From: Elusimicrobiota bacterium
GTDB lineage: Bacteria; Elusimicrobiota; Elusimicrobia; F11
Length of the DNA stretch: 64,000 nt
Direction of reading: 5' to 3'
Assembly (NCBI GenBank): GCA_044221725.1
Contig: JBGAON010000003.1
Location: forward strand, 352,001 to 416,000
The position numbers and the translations under genes were made by a program. The notes beneath the pieces are model-generated. The model saw nothing but the letters and a program-made list of their open reading frames with translations, was not told where the DNA came from and made no database searches. Shown here piece by piece: positions 37,249-47,974 of this stretch (position 1 is its first letter; each line of letters starts with the position of its first letter).

Positions 37249-40095
37249 CTAAAACGAAGGCGCGACGCTGATGTACCACACATCGCCCCCGGTGTCGGTT
37301 CGGTGCGCCCACTGCACCGTGAGATTGAGTTGAAACGATTGCAAAATGAACGTGGGCCACGAAACGCCAAGGCCGGCGGAATTATCAAGCTTCGTTGCAT
37401 CGAACGCGTTTCTTTCTTCGGTGCTGTCCCAACCATAACCAGCATCTTCGAAAACGATGAGATACGCCGCCTTAAAGAAAAAATCCGGAAAAAGAAAAGA
37501 TGTTCGCGTGTTCAAATATTTGATTCGCAATCGCAGCTCCGCACTGCCGAGAGCGACATTGGATTTTTTATTGGCGTCGGATCCGGACGACACGCCGCGA
37601 ATTTTGTCGATGCCGCCCAGCCGAAACACTTGTTTTTCTTCGCCGATGCTGCGTCCATAAAAAAGCCTCGTGGCGAGCGTGCTTTCGCCCGGAATTGGAA
37701 AATATTGCACGCCCTCGATAAGCCCGGTCTTGTACGACTGATCGCCGCCGAGTTTGCTGGCCCCCTGCTGATACGTGACGCCGAGCCGCTGTCCTTTCGT
37801 GGGAATGAGATACCGACCTGTCACGGTATCGTACTGATAACCGGCGAGCCCAAAACGATCGTGAAAGTTTGTATCGGGTTCGGAACCATCAAAGAAAACA
37901 TCTTCACGATCCGTGACACCGACTCCTGCAATAACGGACGATACGCGGTCCAACGGATAGGTAACGAGTCCAAACCCCGAAACCTCTCGCCGCTGCGAAT
38001 CTTGAGTAAAGTCGCGATAGTACCGAAGACTATGCACCCCGATAGAAAAGCTTGGTCGGAAGCGCGCGTACGTGTAGAGCACACTCAGGTCCATTGTGTT
38101 TCCACCCGACGCGTATTGCGCTTGCTGTTGAAACACATGATTGCCGAGCAGGTCTGAGTATTGCCAAACGTCCATCACCACAAAACCATCGACCGACGAA
38201 TAAAAGAAAAACGGAATGAACAAATCGGTGGATCCTTTAAAACGGTACGGTCGACCCACGGTGGAAAACAAGGGTTCATCTTTCCCCGGAGGCCAAGCGA
38301 GTATCGGTCGACTCTTTTGTTTTCGAGCTTCTCCCTCTCCCAATAAACCAGCGTCGATAATTTTTTCGTTTTGAGATGGTTTTTCGAGATCCCATGTTCC
38401 TTTGTAAATGTGTTTCTCTCCGGCATCGAAGCCGACATAATAAAGCGCGTGATTGGCAGCGGAATAGCGCGGCGAGAACCCACCGCCAATGAAATTCGTG
38501 AGACGCGTCTCATGGCCCGCCGTGTCGCGGTGGTACAAATTAAATCCGAACGTCTCTTTATCGTCGCGATCTCTCACGTAAACGATCGATCCATCGGGAA
38601 GAACCTCGGGCTCCAATTCGGATCCGACATGATCGGTGATCTGCCGCAACTGCTTCGTCTGGATGTCGAGCAGAAACAGATTGCGGTACCGTGGTTCGGA
38701 CAAATCCTCGGACATTACCTCGCCGGAAAAGACGATCGATTTCCCGTCCGGTGTGAACGTGGGATTCCGTTCGTCTTGCGGTGTGTTGGTCAAGCGTTCG
38801 ATGAGCCGCGCTTTGCGGTCGATGAGGTAGAGATCGTTAACGCCGCGCGTCATGCCGGTGCACACGAGCCGATCGTTGTCCACCGGAGAAAAAACCGGAA
38901 AGCGAATTTCGTCGAAGGGAATTGCGTAACGCTTCGCTTTATGTTTTTTAAGATCGTAGATGTAAAGATAATCGCGTTGCTCTTTTTCCGCAGAAAATGC
39001 GAGCCAGCGTCCGTCCGGTGAAATCGAAAGACCGCGGCCGCCCGAATGCAAATATTCGTACAGGTTGTATTTGAGTGGCAGGATCGGTTTTGTCTTCGAT
39101 GTGTCGAGATTCAACTCCATCAATTGCTCGGGCCCGCCGCGGTCGCTAAAGAAATAAATTTTCTTCCCGTCCGGGGAGACGACGGGATTCTGATTGAATT
39201 GCGGAATGAGATCGGACGGCGTGAGTTTTTGTCCGTACGCTGACGGTGACGCCGCGTCTTTGTAAAGCGCGGCGTATTTTTCCCCCACCCATTCGCGAAA
39301 CCGGAAATCAAACCAATTGAGGTCGCAACCGATCACGGCCTGAAGGGCGCTTGAAACATCGAAAAAATCTTTCATTGCGAACATAAACTCATGCAGTTTC
39401 TCTTCGCCGTATTCTTCTTTGAGAAAGGTGATTGCTGCGTCTCCCGTTTTGTATCCGAGCGTGACTTGATTCGGCTTTAAGTGCGCGAAGCCCTGCAGTT
39501 CGGCGAGCGGTGGCAATTGGTTGTGCGCGTACGCGTCGCGCACGACCATGTCGCCCGTCGCATCATCAATATCTCCCGATCCAAATTCAGCGGAGCCTTC
39601 CATCATCCAGAGCGGATAAAAAGGAGATTTTAAAAGCCGAATGGATTTCCACCAGCCACCGTAAAGAATGTTGAATTGCATCACGTGAGTGAATTCGTGG
39701 TAAATCACGTGGCGCAGCCACTCTTCGGATCCGTCGTTGAAAATTACGAGACGATTTTTAAAAGCTTCGGTGACACCGCCCGTTCCTTCGCCAATTGGAA
39801 CAATATTCGTTTGCTCGAACTGATTGTGATTGGAATAAAAGAAAAACGGAGTCCGATCGGGAACGTAGTAGTTGTACGCTTTTCCCACGTCGGCCCACGC
39901 CGCTTCGAGATAATGCGCCATGCGCGGCACAATCGCCTCGGTGTCTTTATCGTAATAGATGTCGAAGTGCGGCGTGCGGATCGTCATCCATTTGAAATGG
40001 TCCCGTCGGACGTTGTTTTCAACCGCGAAGGTGGGAAGTGTACAGAGGAAGGTTAAAACGAAAAACGGGACGTGTTTACGACGTAAAAACGACAT
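37249..40095 (-). CDS. Metallopeptidase-like + PD40/TolB-like propeller + Omp85/BamA-type barrel protein
   Basis: HEFTH...WMMEG, SPDG repeats, FRLGG...RG, terminal Phe. Confidence 0.8.
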   Translation of the reverse strand: MSFLRRKHVPFFVLTFLCTLPTFAVENNVRRDHFKWMTIRTPHFDIYYDKDTEAIVPRMAHYLEAAWADVGKAYNYYVPDRTPFFFYSNHNQFEQTNIVPIGEGTGGVTEAFKNRLVIFNDGSEEWLRHVIYHEFTHVMQFNILYGGWWKSIRLLKSPFYPLWMMEGSAEFGSGDIDDATGDMVVRDAYAHNQLPPLAELQGFAHLKPNQVTLGYKTGDAAITFLKEEYGEEKLHEFMFAMKDFFDVSSALQAVIGCDLNWFDFRFREWVGEKYAALYKDAASPSAYGQKLTPSDLIPQFNQNPVVSPDGKKIYFFSDRGGPEQLMELNLDTSKTKPILPLKYNLYEYLHSGGRGLSISPDGRWLAFSAEKEQRDYLYIYDLKKHKAKRYAIPFDEIRFPVFSPVDNDRLVCTGMTRGVNDLYLIDRKARLIERLTNTPQDERNPTFTPDGKSIVFSGEVMSEDLSEPRYRNLFLLDIQTKQLRQITDHVGSELEPEVLPDGSIVYVRDRDDKETFGFNLYHRDTAGHETRLTNFIGGGFSPRYSAANHALYYVGFDAGEKHIYKGTWDLEKPSQNEKIIDAGLLGEGEARKQKSRPILAWPPGKDEPLFSTVGRPYRFKGSTDLFIPFFFYSSVDGFVVMDVWQYSDLLGNHVFQQQAQYASGGNTMDLSVLYTYARFRPSFSIGVHSLRYYRDFTQDSQRREVSGFGLVTYPLDRVSSVIAGVGVTDREDVFFDGSEPDTNFHDRFGLAGYQYDTVTGRYLIPTKGQRLGVTYQQGASKLGGDQSYKTGLIEGVQYFPIPGESTLATRLFYGRSIGEEKQVFRLGGIDKIRGVSSGSDANKKSNVALGSAELRLRIKYLNTRTSFLFPDFFFKAAYLIVFEDAGYGWDSTEERNAFDATKLDNSAGLGVSWPTFILQSFQLNLTVQWAHRTDTGGDVWYISVAPSF

Positions 40096-40140
40096 GCCCC
40101 AAGTCTAACAGGGGTTCCCGTTTCGAAAAAGGGTTTTGAA

Positions 40141-41820
40141 TTATTTGTCGTCGGTCCAGCCGGTCGTTTCGCCGAGCGAAAACGTTTCGTTTTTGCCGCT
40201 GTATTTCTTCAGAAGTTCTTTCTCTTGTGTCTTTTCGTATTTGCGAATGGAAAGTTCGATCTTGCGTTCTTTCTTCTGAATTTTGATGACGCTGGCCGTA
40301 ACTTTGTCGCCTTCTTTGTACGCCGGAATTTGCGCTGCAGACTTGTCGCGCGACGACCGGTCGTCGAACATCGAGCGTTCGTTCTGCATTTCCGAATGAC
40401 GAACAATGCCCTCGACGCCGGACTCGAGCTTCACAATCATTCCGAACTCGCCCACTTTTGAAACCGTGCCGTCCACATCTTGGCCAACTTTGAGATTCTT
40501 CATCGGGTCCGGCGTTAGCTGCTTGAGGCCCAATGACATTTTTTCTTCTTGTGGGTTAACTTCCAAAACAATCGCCGTGACTTTGTCGCCCACTTTTAAA
40601 ACTTGCGAAGGATTCTGATACCGTTCGGTCCAGGAAATATCCTGCGTTTTCAGCAACGCTTCGACGCCGGCCGGAATTTTAATGAACGCGCCAAAATTCG
40701 CGAGGTGGCTCACGACGCCTTCGATTTTCGATCCGATCGGATGATCGGCGAGCGTTTTTTCCCACGGGCTTTGACCAAGACGTTTCAAGCTCAACGAAAT
40801 TTTTTCTTTCTCGCGATCGATCGCAATAAGCTTCGCTTCAATCTGTTGTCCGACTTTAAGAACCGCGCTGGGCTTCTTGACTTTTTCGGTCCACGAAAAT
40901 TCGGAAACGTGAATCATTCCTTCGACGCCCGGCTCAATTTCCACGAACGCTCCGAAATCCGCGAGTCCCGTCACCTTTCCAGAAACCGTCGATCCCACCG
41001 GATGTCGCGACTCGATGCCATCCCACGGATGTTGAAGAAGCTGTTTTCGTCCGAGCGAAATGCGGTTCGATGTCGTGTCGTATTTCAAAACTTTAACATC
41101 GAGCTCGTCGCCCACCTTCAAGACTTTGGCTGGATTATCAACGCGGTTCCAGGCGATGTCCGAAACATGAAGCAACCCTTCGATGCCGCCAATATCGACA
41201 AACGCTCCGAACTGTGTGAGTCCGGTGACGCGGCCTTTAAAAACTTGTCCCACCTGCAAGGTTTGAAGCGTTTCTGCGCGCTTCACGGCTTTTTCTTGCG
41301 CGATCACGCGGCGGCGCGACACGAGAACATTTCCCTTTGCTTTGTCCATCTCAAGAATCAAAACTTGTACGGATTTTCCGACCCACTGTTCCGGATTTGC
41401 GATTTGCTTGTCATCGAGCTGCGAGGCTGGCATGAAGGCATCGAGACCAATATCAACGATGAAGCCACCTTTTATTTTTTGCGTAATCTTTCCGTCGACC
41501 GGTTGTTGGCTCTTCTGAATTTCGGCGAGTTTGTCCCAGTTCTGACGTTCCCGCGCTTGGCGCCACGAAACAAGCGGGCGACCTTCGGGACCATTTTCAC
41601 GGATAAGCAGAAGTTGAAGTTGCGTGCCAACGGCGGGCGGAGTGCCACCAAATTCTTTGTTCAAAAGAGCCGCTTCTTGTTTAAGACCGACGTTAATTAG
41701 CACGTGTGTGTCGGTATGTCCGACCACCGTTCCTTCGACAATGGCTCCGGGCGTCGCGCCAGCGGTTTGTGCGAGGATTTCGTCCATGCTGAATTCTTCG
41801 GTCATAACAGTGCTCTCCAT
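40141..41820 (-). CDS. rpsA: 30S ribosomal protein S1
   Basis: Six S1 repeats (FGAFV...EGL.H.S...ISLG.KQ). Confidence 0.96.
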   Translation of the reverse strand: MESTVMTEEFSMDEILAQTAGATPGAIVEGTVVGHTDTHVLINVGLKQEAALLNKEFGGTPPAVGTQLQLLLIRENGPEGRPLVSWRQARERQNWDKLAEIQKSQQPVDGKITQKIKGGFIVDIGLDAFMPASQLDDKQIANPEQWVGKSVQVLILEMDKAKGNVLVSRRRVIAQEKAVKRAETLQTLQVGQVFKGRVTGLTQFGAFVDIGGIEGLLHVSDIAWNRVDNPAKVLKVGDELDVKVLKYDTTSNRISLGRKQLLQHPWDGIESRHPVGSTVSGKVTGLADFGAFVEIEPGVEGMIHVSEFSWTEKVKKPSAVLKVGQQIEAKLIAIDREKEKISLSLKRLGQSPWEKTLADHPIGSKIEGVVSHLANFGAFIKIPAGVEALLKTQDISWTERYQNPSQVLKVGDKVTAIVLEVNPQEEKMSLGLKQLTPDPMKNLKVGQDVDGTVSKVGEFGMIVKLESGVEGIVRHSEMQNERSMFDDRSSRDKSAAQIPAYKEGDKVTASVIKIQKKERKIELSIRKYEKTQEKELLKKYSGKNETFSLGETTGWTDDK

Positions 41821-41918
41821 GATAATTTTCCTTTTCTAGATTTCGAACCAACACAATCAACTTGTTTTGACCGGCAGGTAGGCAATCGGAATGATTTACT
41901 GAGGGTGCGTGTAGAGTA

Positions 41919-42536
41919 TCATATTTTCCCGTCAACAATCCTTGTTTTGATCTTGGCCATTTCTACCATGACTTGATCGGCAAGTTCTTGGTAGGAGCCG
42001 TAATCTTTCGGCGACAACGGTGTGCCGAAGGCCACCGTTACCGGCCGGAAATATTTGAGATATCCCGAGTTATGAATGTACGTTGGGATAACGGGGCAAT
42101 TGGCAAGCGTCGCCAGCATGCCCACGCCCGCTTTGGCGGGAGCGAAAGCGTCTTCATCAATGCGGCGGCCTTCTGGAAAAAGAATAAGGATGTTTCCATT
42201 ATCCAAGATCTCTTTGGCCGCTTTAAAGCCGGCGATGTCTTGCCTTCCTCTCTTAATGGGATGCGCGTTTAAATTCTTTATGAGCCACCCAAAAGGCCTA
42301 AATTCAAACAACTCCGATTTTGCAAGAAAATGCACCATCCGAGGAGACGAAGAACCCATGAGCGGTGGATCGGTGTACGATCGGTGATTCGCTGCGATAA
42401 TCGCTGTTCCCTGTCGAGGAATATTTTCTTGCCCGATCACCCGCAACCGCCAAATTAGTTTAAAAAGAACAAGGCAGGTGTTTCTAGCGAACCAATACAA
42501 CAACGGCTGATAAAACGGATTTTTTACTTTTGACAC
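41919..42536 (-). CDS. plsC: 1-acyl-sn-glycerol-3-phosphate acyltransferase
   Basis: ANHRSYTD, FLAK, FPEGRR; GTG start inferred. Confidence 0.88.
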   Translation of the reverse strand: MSKVKNPFYQPLLYWFARNTCLVLFKLIWRLRVIGQENIPRQGTAIIAANHRSYTDPPLMGSSSPRMVHFLAKSELFEFRPFGWLIKNLNAHPIKRGRQDIAGFKAAKEILDNGNILILFPEGRRIDEDAFAPAKAGVGMLATLANCPVIPTYIHNSGYLKYFRPVTVAFGTPLSPKDYGSYQELADQVMVEMAKIKTRIVDGKI

Positions 42537-43813
42537 AGATGGTTTAACAGGTCCCAGAATGTTGGAAACGATATTGCGACGCACTCGCTATTCTGGATCG
42601 TCGTGTCTCCTTCGGCGATGAGTCCCGCAATCGCAAACGTCATCGCAACGCGGTGATCATGAAAGGAGTCGACTTTGGCGCCGCGCAATTTGGTCGGGCC
42701 GGTAATTTTTAATCCGTCGGATATTTCTTCTATGCGCGCGCCCATCGCACGGAAATTCTTGGTGAGCGCCTTGAGTCGATCCGTTTCTTTGACGCGCAAT
42801 TCTTCAAGCCCCGAAAAGTTGGATGTGCCGTGCGCTTGCGTCGCTGCGAGTGCCAAGATCGGGATTTCATCAATGAGTCGGGGCGAAATCTTTTTGTCGA
42901 TGTCGAACGCTTTTAATTCCTTCTGCGAATTCACAACGATGTCGGCAATTTGTTCCCCTCCAATCGTACGTTCGTGTTCCAGTTGAACGGCGCCTCCGGC
43001 CGATTTCAAAATGTCCAAGAGACCCGTCCGTGTCGGGTTTGTATTAACGGCGAGCAATCGAACATTCGCGTTTGGAAAAAGACTCGCCGCGATCACGAAA
43101 AAGGCCGCGCTCGAAATATCCGAGGGCACAACCCAATTCTGCGGCGTTGGAGTTTGTGGTCCCTCGATTCGAATCGTTGTCCCCTCGCGTTGGAATCGAA
43201 TTCCGGCGCCGGTGAACATGCGTTCCGTGTGATCGCGCGACACGGTCGGCTCGTCGTAAACGGTTTCCCCTTTTGTGTGCAGCGCCGCGAGCAAAACGGA
43301 AGACTTCACTTGCGCGCTCGCCACGTTGTTCTTCCATTGGAGCGGCTTTAAGTTTTTTGTTCCGGTAATAGTGATGGGGGCGTATTTATCGTCTGTAAGC
43401 GAGAAGGTGGCGCCCATTTTCGAAAGCGGCTGCGAAATGCGTGTCATGGGACGTTTGGACAGCGACGCATCCCCCACGAGGCGACACGAAAAATTCTGAG
43501 CCGATAATACGCCCGAAAGCAATCTCATTGTTGTTCCCGAATTGCCGCAATCAAGATCGTTGCGCGGCGCTACAAAACTCCAGAGGCCTTTTCCATGGAT
43601 AGTCCATTTGTCTTTTGAGCGTTCAATTTTTACGCCAAGCTCTTCCATGCAACGAGCGGTCGATAAGCAATCGTCGGCCAACAAAGGGTTTTCGATGGTG
43701 GACGTTCCATTCGCGAGACTCGATAGAAGAATGGCGCGGTGCGTGATGGATTTATCCGCCGGTACGCTGATGGTTCCGCGCAAAGCAGACGGTTTCCGAA
43801 TTACTTTTTCCAT
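42524..43813 (-). CDS. aroA: EPSP synthase
   Basis: DKSITHR, GNSGTT, SAQVKS, ELRVKETDR, DHR. Confidence 0.97.
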   Translation of the reverse strand: MEKVIRKPSALRGTISVPADKSITHRAILLSSLANGTSTIENPLLADDCLSTARCMEELGVKIERSKDKWTIHGKGLWSFVAPRNDLDCGNSGTTMRLLSGVLSAQNFSCRLVGDASLSKRPMTRISQPLSKMGATFSLTDDKYAPITITGTKNLKPLQWKNNVASAQVKSSVLLAALHTKGETVYDEPTVSRDHTERMFTGAGIRFQREGTTIRIEGPQTPTPQNWVVPSDISSAAFFVIAASLFPNANVRLLAVNTNPTRTGLLDILKSAGGAVQLEHERTIGGEQIADIVVNSQKELKAFDIDKKISPRLIDEIPILALAATQAHGTSNFSGLEELRVKETDRLKALTKNFRAMGARIEEISDGLKITGPTKLRGAKVDSFHDHRVAMTFAIAGLIAEGDTTIQNSECVAISFPTFWDLLNHLCQK

Positions 43814-43814
43814 T

Positions 43815-44663
43815 TCAAAAAGAGGCTTTGGCGCGAGCGAGTGTCTTTAGATGTTGTCGGAGGTTGCTGGCCGGAAAAGACGAATAGTGTCGCAGCTGTT
43901 TCACGAACCGAGCGCTCACCTTTTGAATTTCTTTTCGATTGCTGCTGACAATTCCGGTCCAAAGTTCAGGATCGGCGCCCGCAATTCGGGTCATGTCTCG
44001 GAAGGATCCTCCGACCAGCGATTTAACGATTGGTGATTTTTTCGAGACCATTTCCACTTCGGAAAAGAGCGCAAAAGCGAGCAAGTGTGGCAGATGGCTT
44101 GTTAATGCAAGGAAATGATCGTGGTCGCTTGCGTTCATAAGGAAGCAGCGCGCGCCGACGTCTTTCCACATCGATCGAACAACATCGAGCGCTTTGAAAG
44201 ACGCGGCATCGCGGGTTAGAACGCAAGCTGCCCGTTTGAAAAGATCCGGTTTCGCAAATTCCACTCCGGTCCGCTCCGAACCGGCAATCGGGTGTCCGCC
44301 TACAAAAGACACGTCCGTTCGCTTTTTTGCGGCGATCCGCATTGCATCCGCGACAATACCCTTCACGCTTCCGACATCCGTCACAATCGATCCGGATTTG
44401 AAAAATGTGAGATTCTTGTGCAGGAAATTGGGAATTTGGTGAACCGGAATACAAACGACGACAACGTCCGCATTTTCAAGCGCTTGTGAAGTGCTCGTCG
44501 AGAACTGATCAACAGCACCAAGCCGCTTGGCCCGCGTGAGGGATTTTCTGTCGCGGCCGAGTCCAATAACCGCGTAACGTCGTCGGCCCGATTTGCGGAC
44601 ACGCCGAAGCGCCTGCCCCAGCGATCCACCAATTAGTCCGACGCCAATGATGCAGACGCGCAT
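43815..44663 (-). CDS. tyrA: Prephenate dehydrogenase
   Basis: GVGLIGGS, TDVGSVK, GGHPIAG, SHLPH, FRDMTRIA. Confidence 0.93.
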   Translation of the reverse strand: MRVCIIGVGLIGGSLGQALRRVRKSGRRRYAVIGLGRDRKSLTRAKRLGAVDQFSTSTSQALENADVVVVCIPVHQIPNFLHKNLTFFKSGSIVTDVGSVKGIVADAMRIAAKKRTDVSFVGGHPIAGSERTGVEFAKPDLFKRAACVLTRDAASFKALDVVRSMWKDVGARCFLMNASDHDHFLALTSHLPHLLAFALFSEVEMVSKKSPIVKSLVGGSFRDMTRIAGADPELWTGIVSSNRKEIQKVSARFVKQLRHYSSFPASNLRQHLKTLARAKASF

Positions 44664-44668
44664 GGGGG

Positions 44669-45685
44669 TTACAGCGTTCGTCCCACCGCTTCGGCCACCG
44701 CCCGCATTTCTTTTACAAGATGCGCGAATTGCGCAGGCAAAAGCGCTTGATGGCCGTCGGATAGCGCTTCGGCCGGCTTGGGATGCGTTTCGAGCATGAT
44801 TCCGTCGGCGCCGGCTGCAATCGCGGCCTTGGCCATCGGGCCGATGAAATCTCGAACACCAACGCCGTGGGATGGATCGATAAAGATAGGTAAGTGCGTC
44901 AGATGCTTTATGACGGGCACCGCACTAATGTCGAGCGTGTTTCGCGTAGCGGTTTCGAACGTCCGGATGCCGCGTTCACAGAGAATCACGTTGTGATTTC
45001 CCTTTGCAATAATGTACTCGGCGCACATGAGCCACTCTTCGATTGTAAGGGCCATCCCTCGTTTAAGCACAACGGGTTTTTTCGCAAGCCCCACTTCCTT
45101 CAGTAGATCAAAATTCTGCGCGTTCCTCGCTCCGATTTGAAAAACGTCGGCGTATCGAGCGACGACGTCCACTTGGCGTGGATCCATCACTTCGGTGACC
45201 ACCGGAAGTCCCGTGATTTTTCGTGCTTCGGCAAGAAGTTCAAGCCCTTTTTCTCCAAGACCTTGAAACGCGTATGGCGATGACCGCGGCTTAAACGCAC
45301 CACCGCGCAGGAGCGTGGCGCCCGCTTTTTTCATCTCGCGTGCATTGATGGATAAATTTTCCCAGGTGTCGACCGAACACGGGCCCCCCACAACAACCAC
45401 TTGCTTGCCACCCACTTTGACGGTTTTGCCAATGGAGACAATCGTGTTTTCTTTTTTGAATTCACGGGAGACCAGTTTGTATGGTTTTGAAATGGGCGTA
45501 ATAAAGTCGACCGCTTCAAAAACACTGAACGTGTCTTTATGAACGATCGCTTTCTCACCGATGACGCCGATGACGACACGTTCGGCGCCGCGTGAAATTG
45601 AAGGCTGGAATCCCAGCTCCTTAATTTTCGCGATGATTTTATCGATGTCCTTTTTTGGAGCACCGGTTTTTAACGTCAAGATCAT
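44669..45685 (-). CDS. aroF: DAHP synthase type I-beta
   Basis: [25 protein letters not shown]. Confidence 0.95.
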   Translation of the reverse strand: MILTLKTGAPKKDIDKIIAKIKELGFQPSISRGAERVVIGVIGEKAIVHKDTFSVFEAVDFITPISKPYKLVSREFKKENTIVSIGKTVKVGGKQVVVVGGPCSVDTWENLSINAREMKKAGATLLRGGAFKPRSSPYAFQGLGEKGLELLAEARKITGLPVVTEVMDPRQVDVVARYADVFQIGARNAQNFDLLKEVGLAKKPVVLKRGMALTIEEWLMCAEYIIAKGNHNVILCERGIRTFETATRNTLDISAVPVIKHLTHLPIFIDPSHGVGVRDFIGPMAKAAIAAGADGIMLETHPKPAEALSDGHQALLPAQFAHLVKEMRAVAEAVGRTL

Positions 45686-46797
45686 GATTTTTGTGTGACC
45701 TCCCTTAAAGCTTCAAGAAATTTTTTGTTTTCGGAGCGCGTTCCAATCGTCACGCGCAGATAGTCGGGCAAACCGTATTCGTCGACCGACCGCACGATCA
45801 TGCCGTGTTGCAGCAACGCATCGAACAATGCATGCCCTTTGCGCGGGCTCACTTTGAATAGCAGAAAGTTTGCGATGGAGGGTACGACTTCGAATCCCAT
45901 TTTCGTCAGTTCCTCGCCCACAAATTTCTTTTCGACGTCGTTCAACGCCACCGACTTGCGGATATGTTTGTTATCTTCAAGCGCCGCCAGTGCCGCGGCT
46001 TGCGCTGGCTTGGACACATTGAACGGTGGACGGATCTTGTCCATCTCGCGCACGCACTCTTCTGGCGCCACGCCGTAACCGACGCGCAGGCCGGCCAAAC
46101 CATAGATCTTTGAGAAGGTGCGGAGCACAATAATCGGACGCTTGTGAAAATAGTCTTCAATCATAGACGGATAATCTTCGTGGCCGGCCGCGTATTCAAA
46201 GTACGCCTCGTCGAACACTGGTAACACGCGCGGCGGAAGCGCATTTAAGAATCGGTCCACTTCGAGGCGTGTGTTGTACGTTCCTGTCGGATTGTTCGGG
46301 TTCGCGATGAAAACAAGTTTCGTGTGCGTCGTTGCCGCATTCGCCATCGCGACGAGATCGTGTTTCAAATCTCTCATCGGAACGGTCGTTACGCCAGCGC
46401 CCATCAATTGCGCCGCCAAACGGTACTGCATGAATGCCGACGCTGACACGACGATGTCGTTTTGTGGGGTCAAGTAGGTTTTCGCGAGCAGCTCAATAAT
46501 TTCGTCGGAGCCAGCACCAATAATCACTTGGCCGATGTCCAGCTTGTGACGGAGCGCGAGCGTGCTTCGCAAGTCTGTGCTGCGCGTTTCTGGATAGCGC
46601 GCGAGAGTCTCCGCTATGCTCTTGTACGCTTTCAGCGCGCGCGGCGAGGGACCGAGCGAATTTTCGTTTGACGCCAGTTTGATCACCGCGCGCAAACCGT
46701 ATTGACGGCGTATTTGATCCGACGACAAACCGGGTTTGTACGGTTGAAACCGTTCCAATTCGGGACGGGGCGATATAGGTGACGATATTTCCTTCAT
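45682..46797 (-). CDS. hisC: Histidinol-phosphate aminotransferase
   Basis: [33 protein letters not shown]. Confidence 0.94.
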   Translation of the reverse strand: MKEISSPISPRPELERFQPYKPGLSSDQIRRQYGLRAVIKLASNENSLGPSPRALKAYKSIAETLARYPETRSTDLRSTLALRHKLDIGQVIIGAGSDEIIELLAKTYLTPQNDIVVSASAFMQYRLAAQLMGAGVTTVPMRDLKHDLVAMANAATTHTKLVFIANPNNPTGTYNTRLEVDRFLNALPPRVLPVFDEAYFEYAAGHEDYPSMIEDYFHKRPIIVLRTFSKIYGLAGLRVGYGVAPEECVREMDKIRPPFNVSKPAQAAALAALEDNKHIRKSVALNDVEKKFVGEELTKMGFEVVPSIANFLLFKVSPRKGHALFDALLQHGMIVRSVDEYGLPDYLRVTIGTRSENKKFLEALREVTQKS

Positions 46798-46821
46798 GTG
46801 TGGTTTCTCAAAAAAGGCGGG

Positions 46822-47895
46822 TTAAGCGCCGTAGGGATACGAACCGAGAATTTTTAGCGTCTTGCACTGTGCTTCCAAACCTTTCAGTGCTTGTTGCACA
46901 TTTTTTTCGGATTGGTGTCCGATGAAATCAACGAAGAAGATATATTCCCACGCTTTTTTCTTTGTCGGACGAGATTCGATCTTCGTTAGATTTACGCCAG
47001 CGAGACGAAACGGTTGCAAGATATCATAAAGCGCACCCACCCGGTCTTTTACCGAGAACAAGATGGACGTTTTGTCTTTGCCAGTGGGCTTTTCCGAGTG
47101 ATCACCGATAACGAGAAAGCGTGTTGCGTTCTCAGGCGAATCTTCGATGTTCATTGCCACCGGTTTCAAGTGATAAATCTGTGCGGCCAACAACGATGCG
47201 ATTGCCGCGGATGAGCCGTCCAACGTCGCGTGCACAGCCGCATCGGCCGTCGATGCCGCCGAATGAATCGCGACGCCCGGCAGATGGGAATCGAGCCACT
47301 TGCGGCATTGCGCCAGAGCTTGCGGGTGCGAATAAACCGTTTTGATGCTTTTGAGTTTTCCCGAAATGGACATAAGCGTTTGCGAAATCGCTTCTTCGCG
47401 CTCGGCCACGATGGACAAATCCGACTCCATGAACATGTCGAGCGTATGATTGACGACGCCCTCCGTGGAATTCTCGATCGGCACAACGCCGAAATCCACT
47501 CTCTTGCGTTCCACTTCAAAGAACACGTCGGAGATGGACGGAACCGGTACGAAATCGCAGTCCCGTCCGAAATGTTTGATGGCCACTTGGTGCGTGAACG
47601 TCGCTTCGGGACCAAAGTAGGCCACCGTGAGCCGTTTCTGCAAAGCGCGGCACGTAGCGAAAATTGATTGGAAAATATCCCCCACCGCTTCGTTCGACAA
47701 CGGGCCCTTGTTTCGGGAAGAGAGCCGGTTCAAAATGTCGCTTTCGCGAGATGCCGCCAGCACGGAATCTCCACTTTTCGCTTTTGCGCGACCGATGTCT
47801 TTCGCAACGCGACCGCGTTCGTTCAGTAGTTTTAATAGTTGGTCGTCCAGCGCATCAATACGCCGACGATAACGAGCCAACGGGTTGTTTTCCAT
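46822..47895 (-). CDS. pheA: Chorismate mutase/prephenate dehydratase
   Basis: RRRIDALD, PIENSTEG, SHPQALAQC, TRF, ESRP. Confidence 0.96.
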   Translation of the reverse strand: MENNPLARYRRRIDALDDQLLKLLNERGRVAKDIGRAKAKSGDSVLAASRESDILNRLSSRNKGPLSNEAVGDIFQSIFATCRALQKRLTVAYFGPEATFTHQVAIKHFGRDCDFVPVPSISDVFFEVERKRVDFGVVPIENSTEGVVNHTLDMFMESDLSIVAEREEAISQTLMSISGKLKSIKTVYSHPQALAQCRKWLDSHLPGVAIHSAASTADAAVHATLDGSSAAIASLLAAQIYHLKPVAMNIEDSPENATRFLVIGDHSEKPTGKDKTSILFSVKDRVGALYDILQPFRLAGVNLTKIESRPTKKKAWEYIFFVDFIGHQSEKNVQQALKGLEAQCKTLKILGSYPYGA

Positions 47896-47974
47896 AGGGG
47901 CCGGATTCTAACCTATTTATCGGAAAATCGCCGAAGGGCGTGTGATTTTGAGGCGTTTGCGGAAGGTTGGACGG

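Noticed and set aside
41866..41884. CCGGCAGGTAGGCA fragment resembling short palindromic repeats in the rpsA leader
   Set aside because: Single partial copy; cannot be distinguished from leader structure or chance
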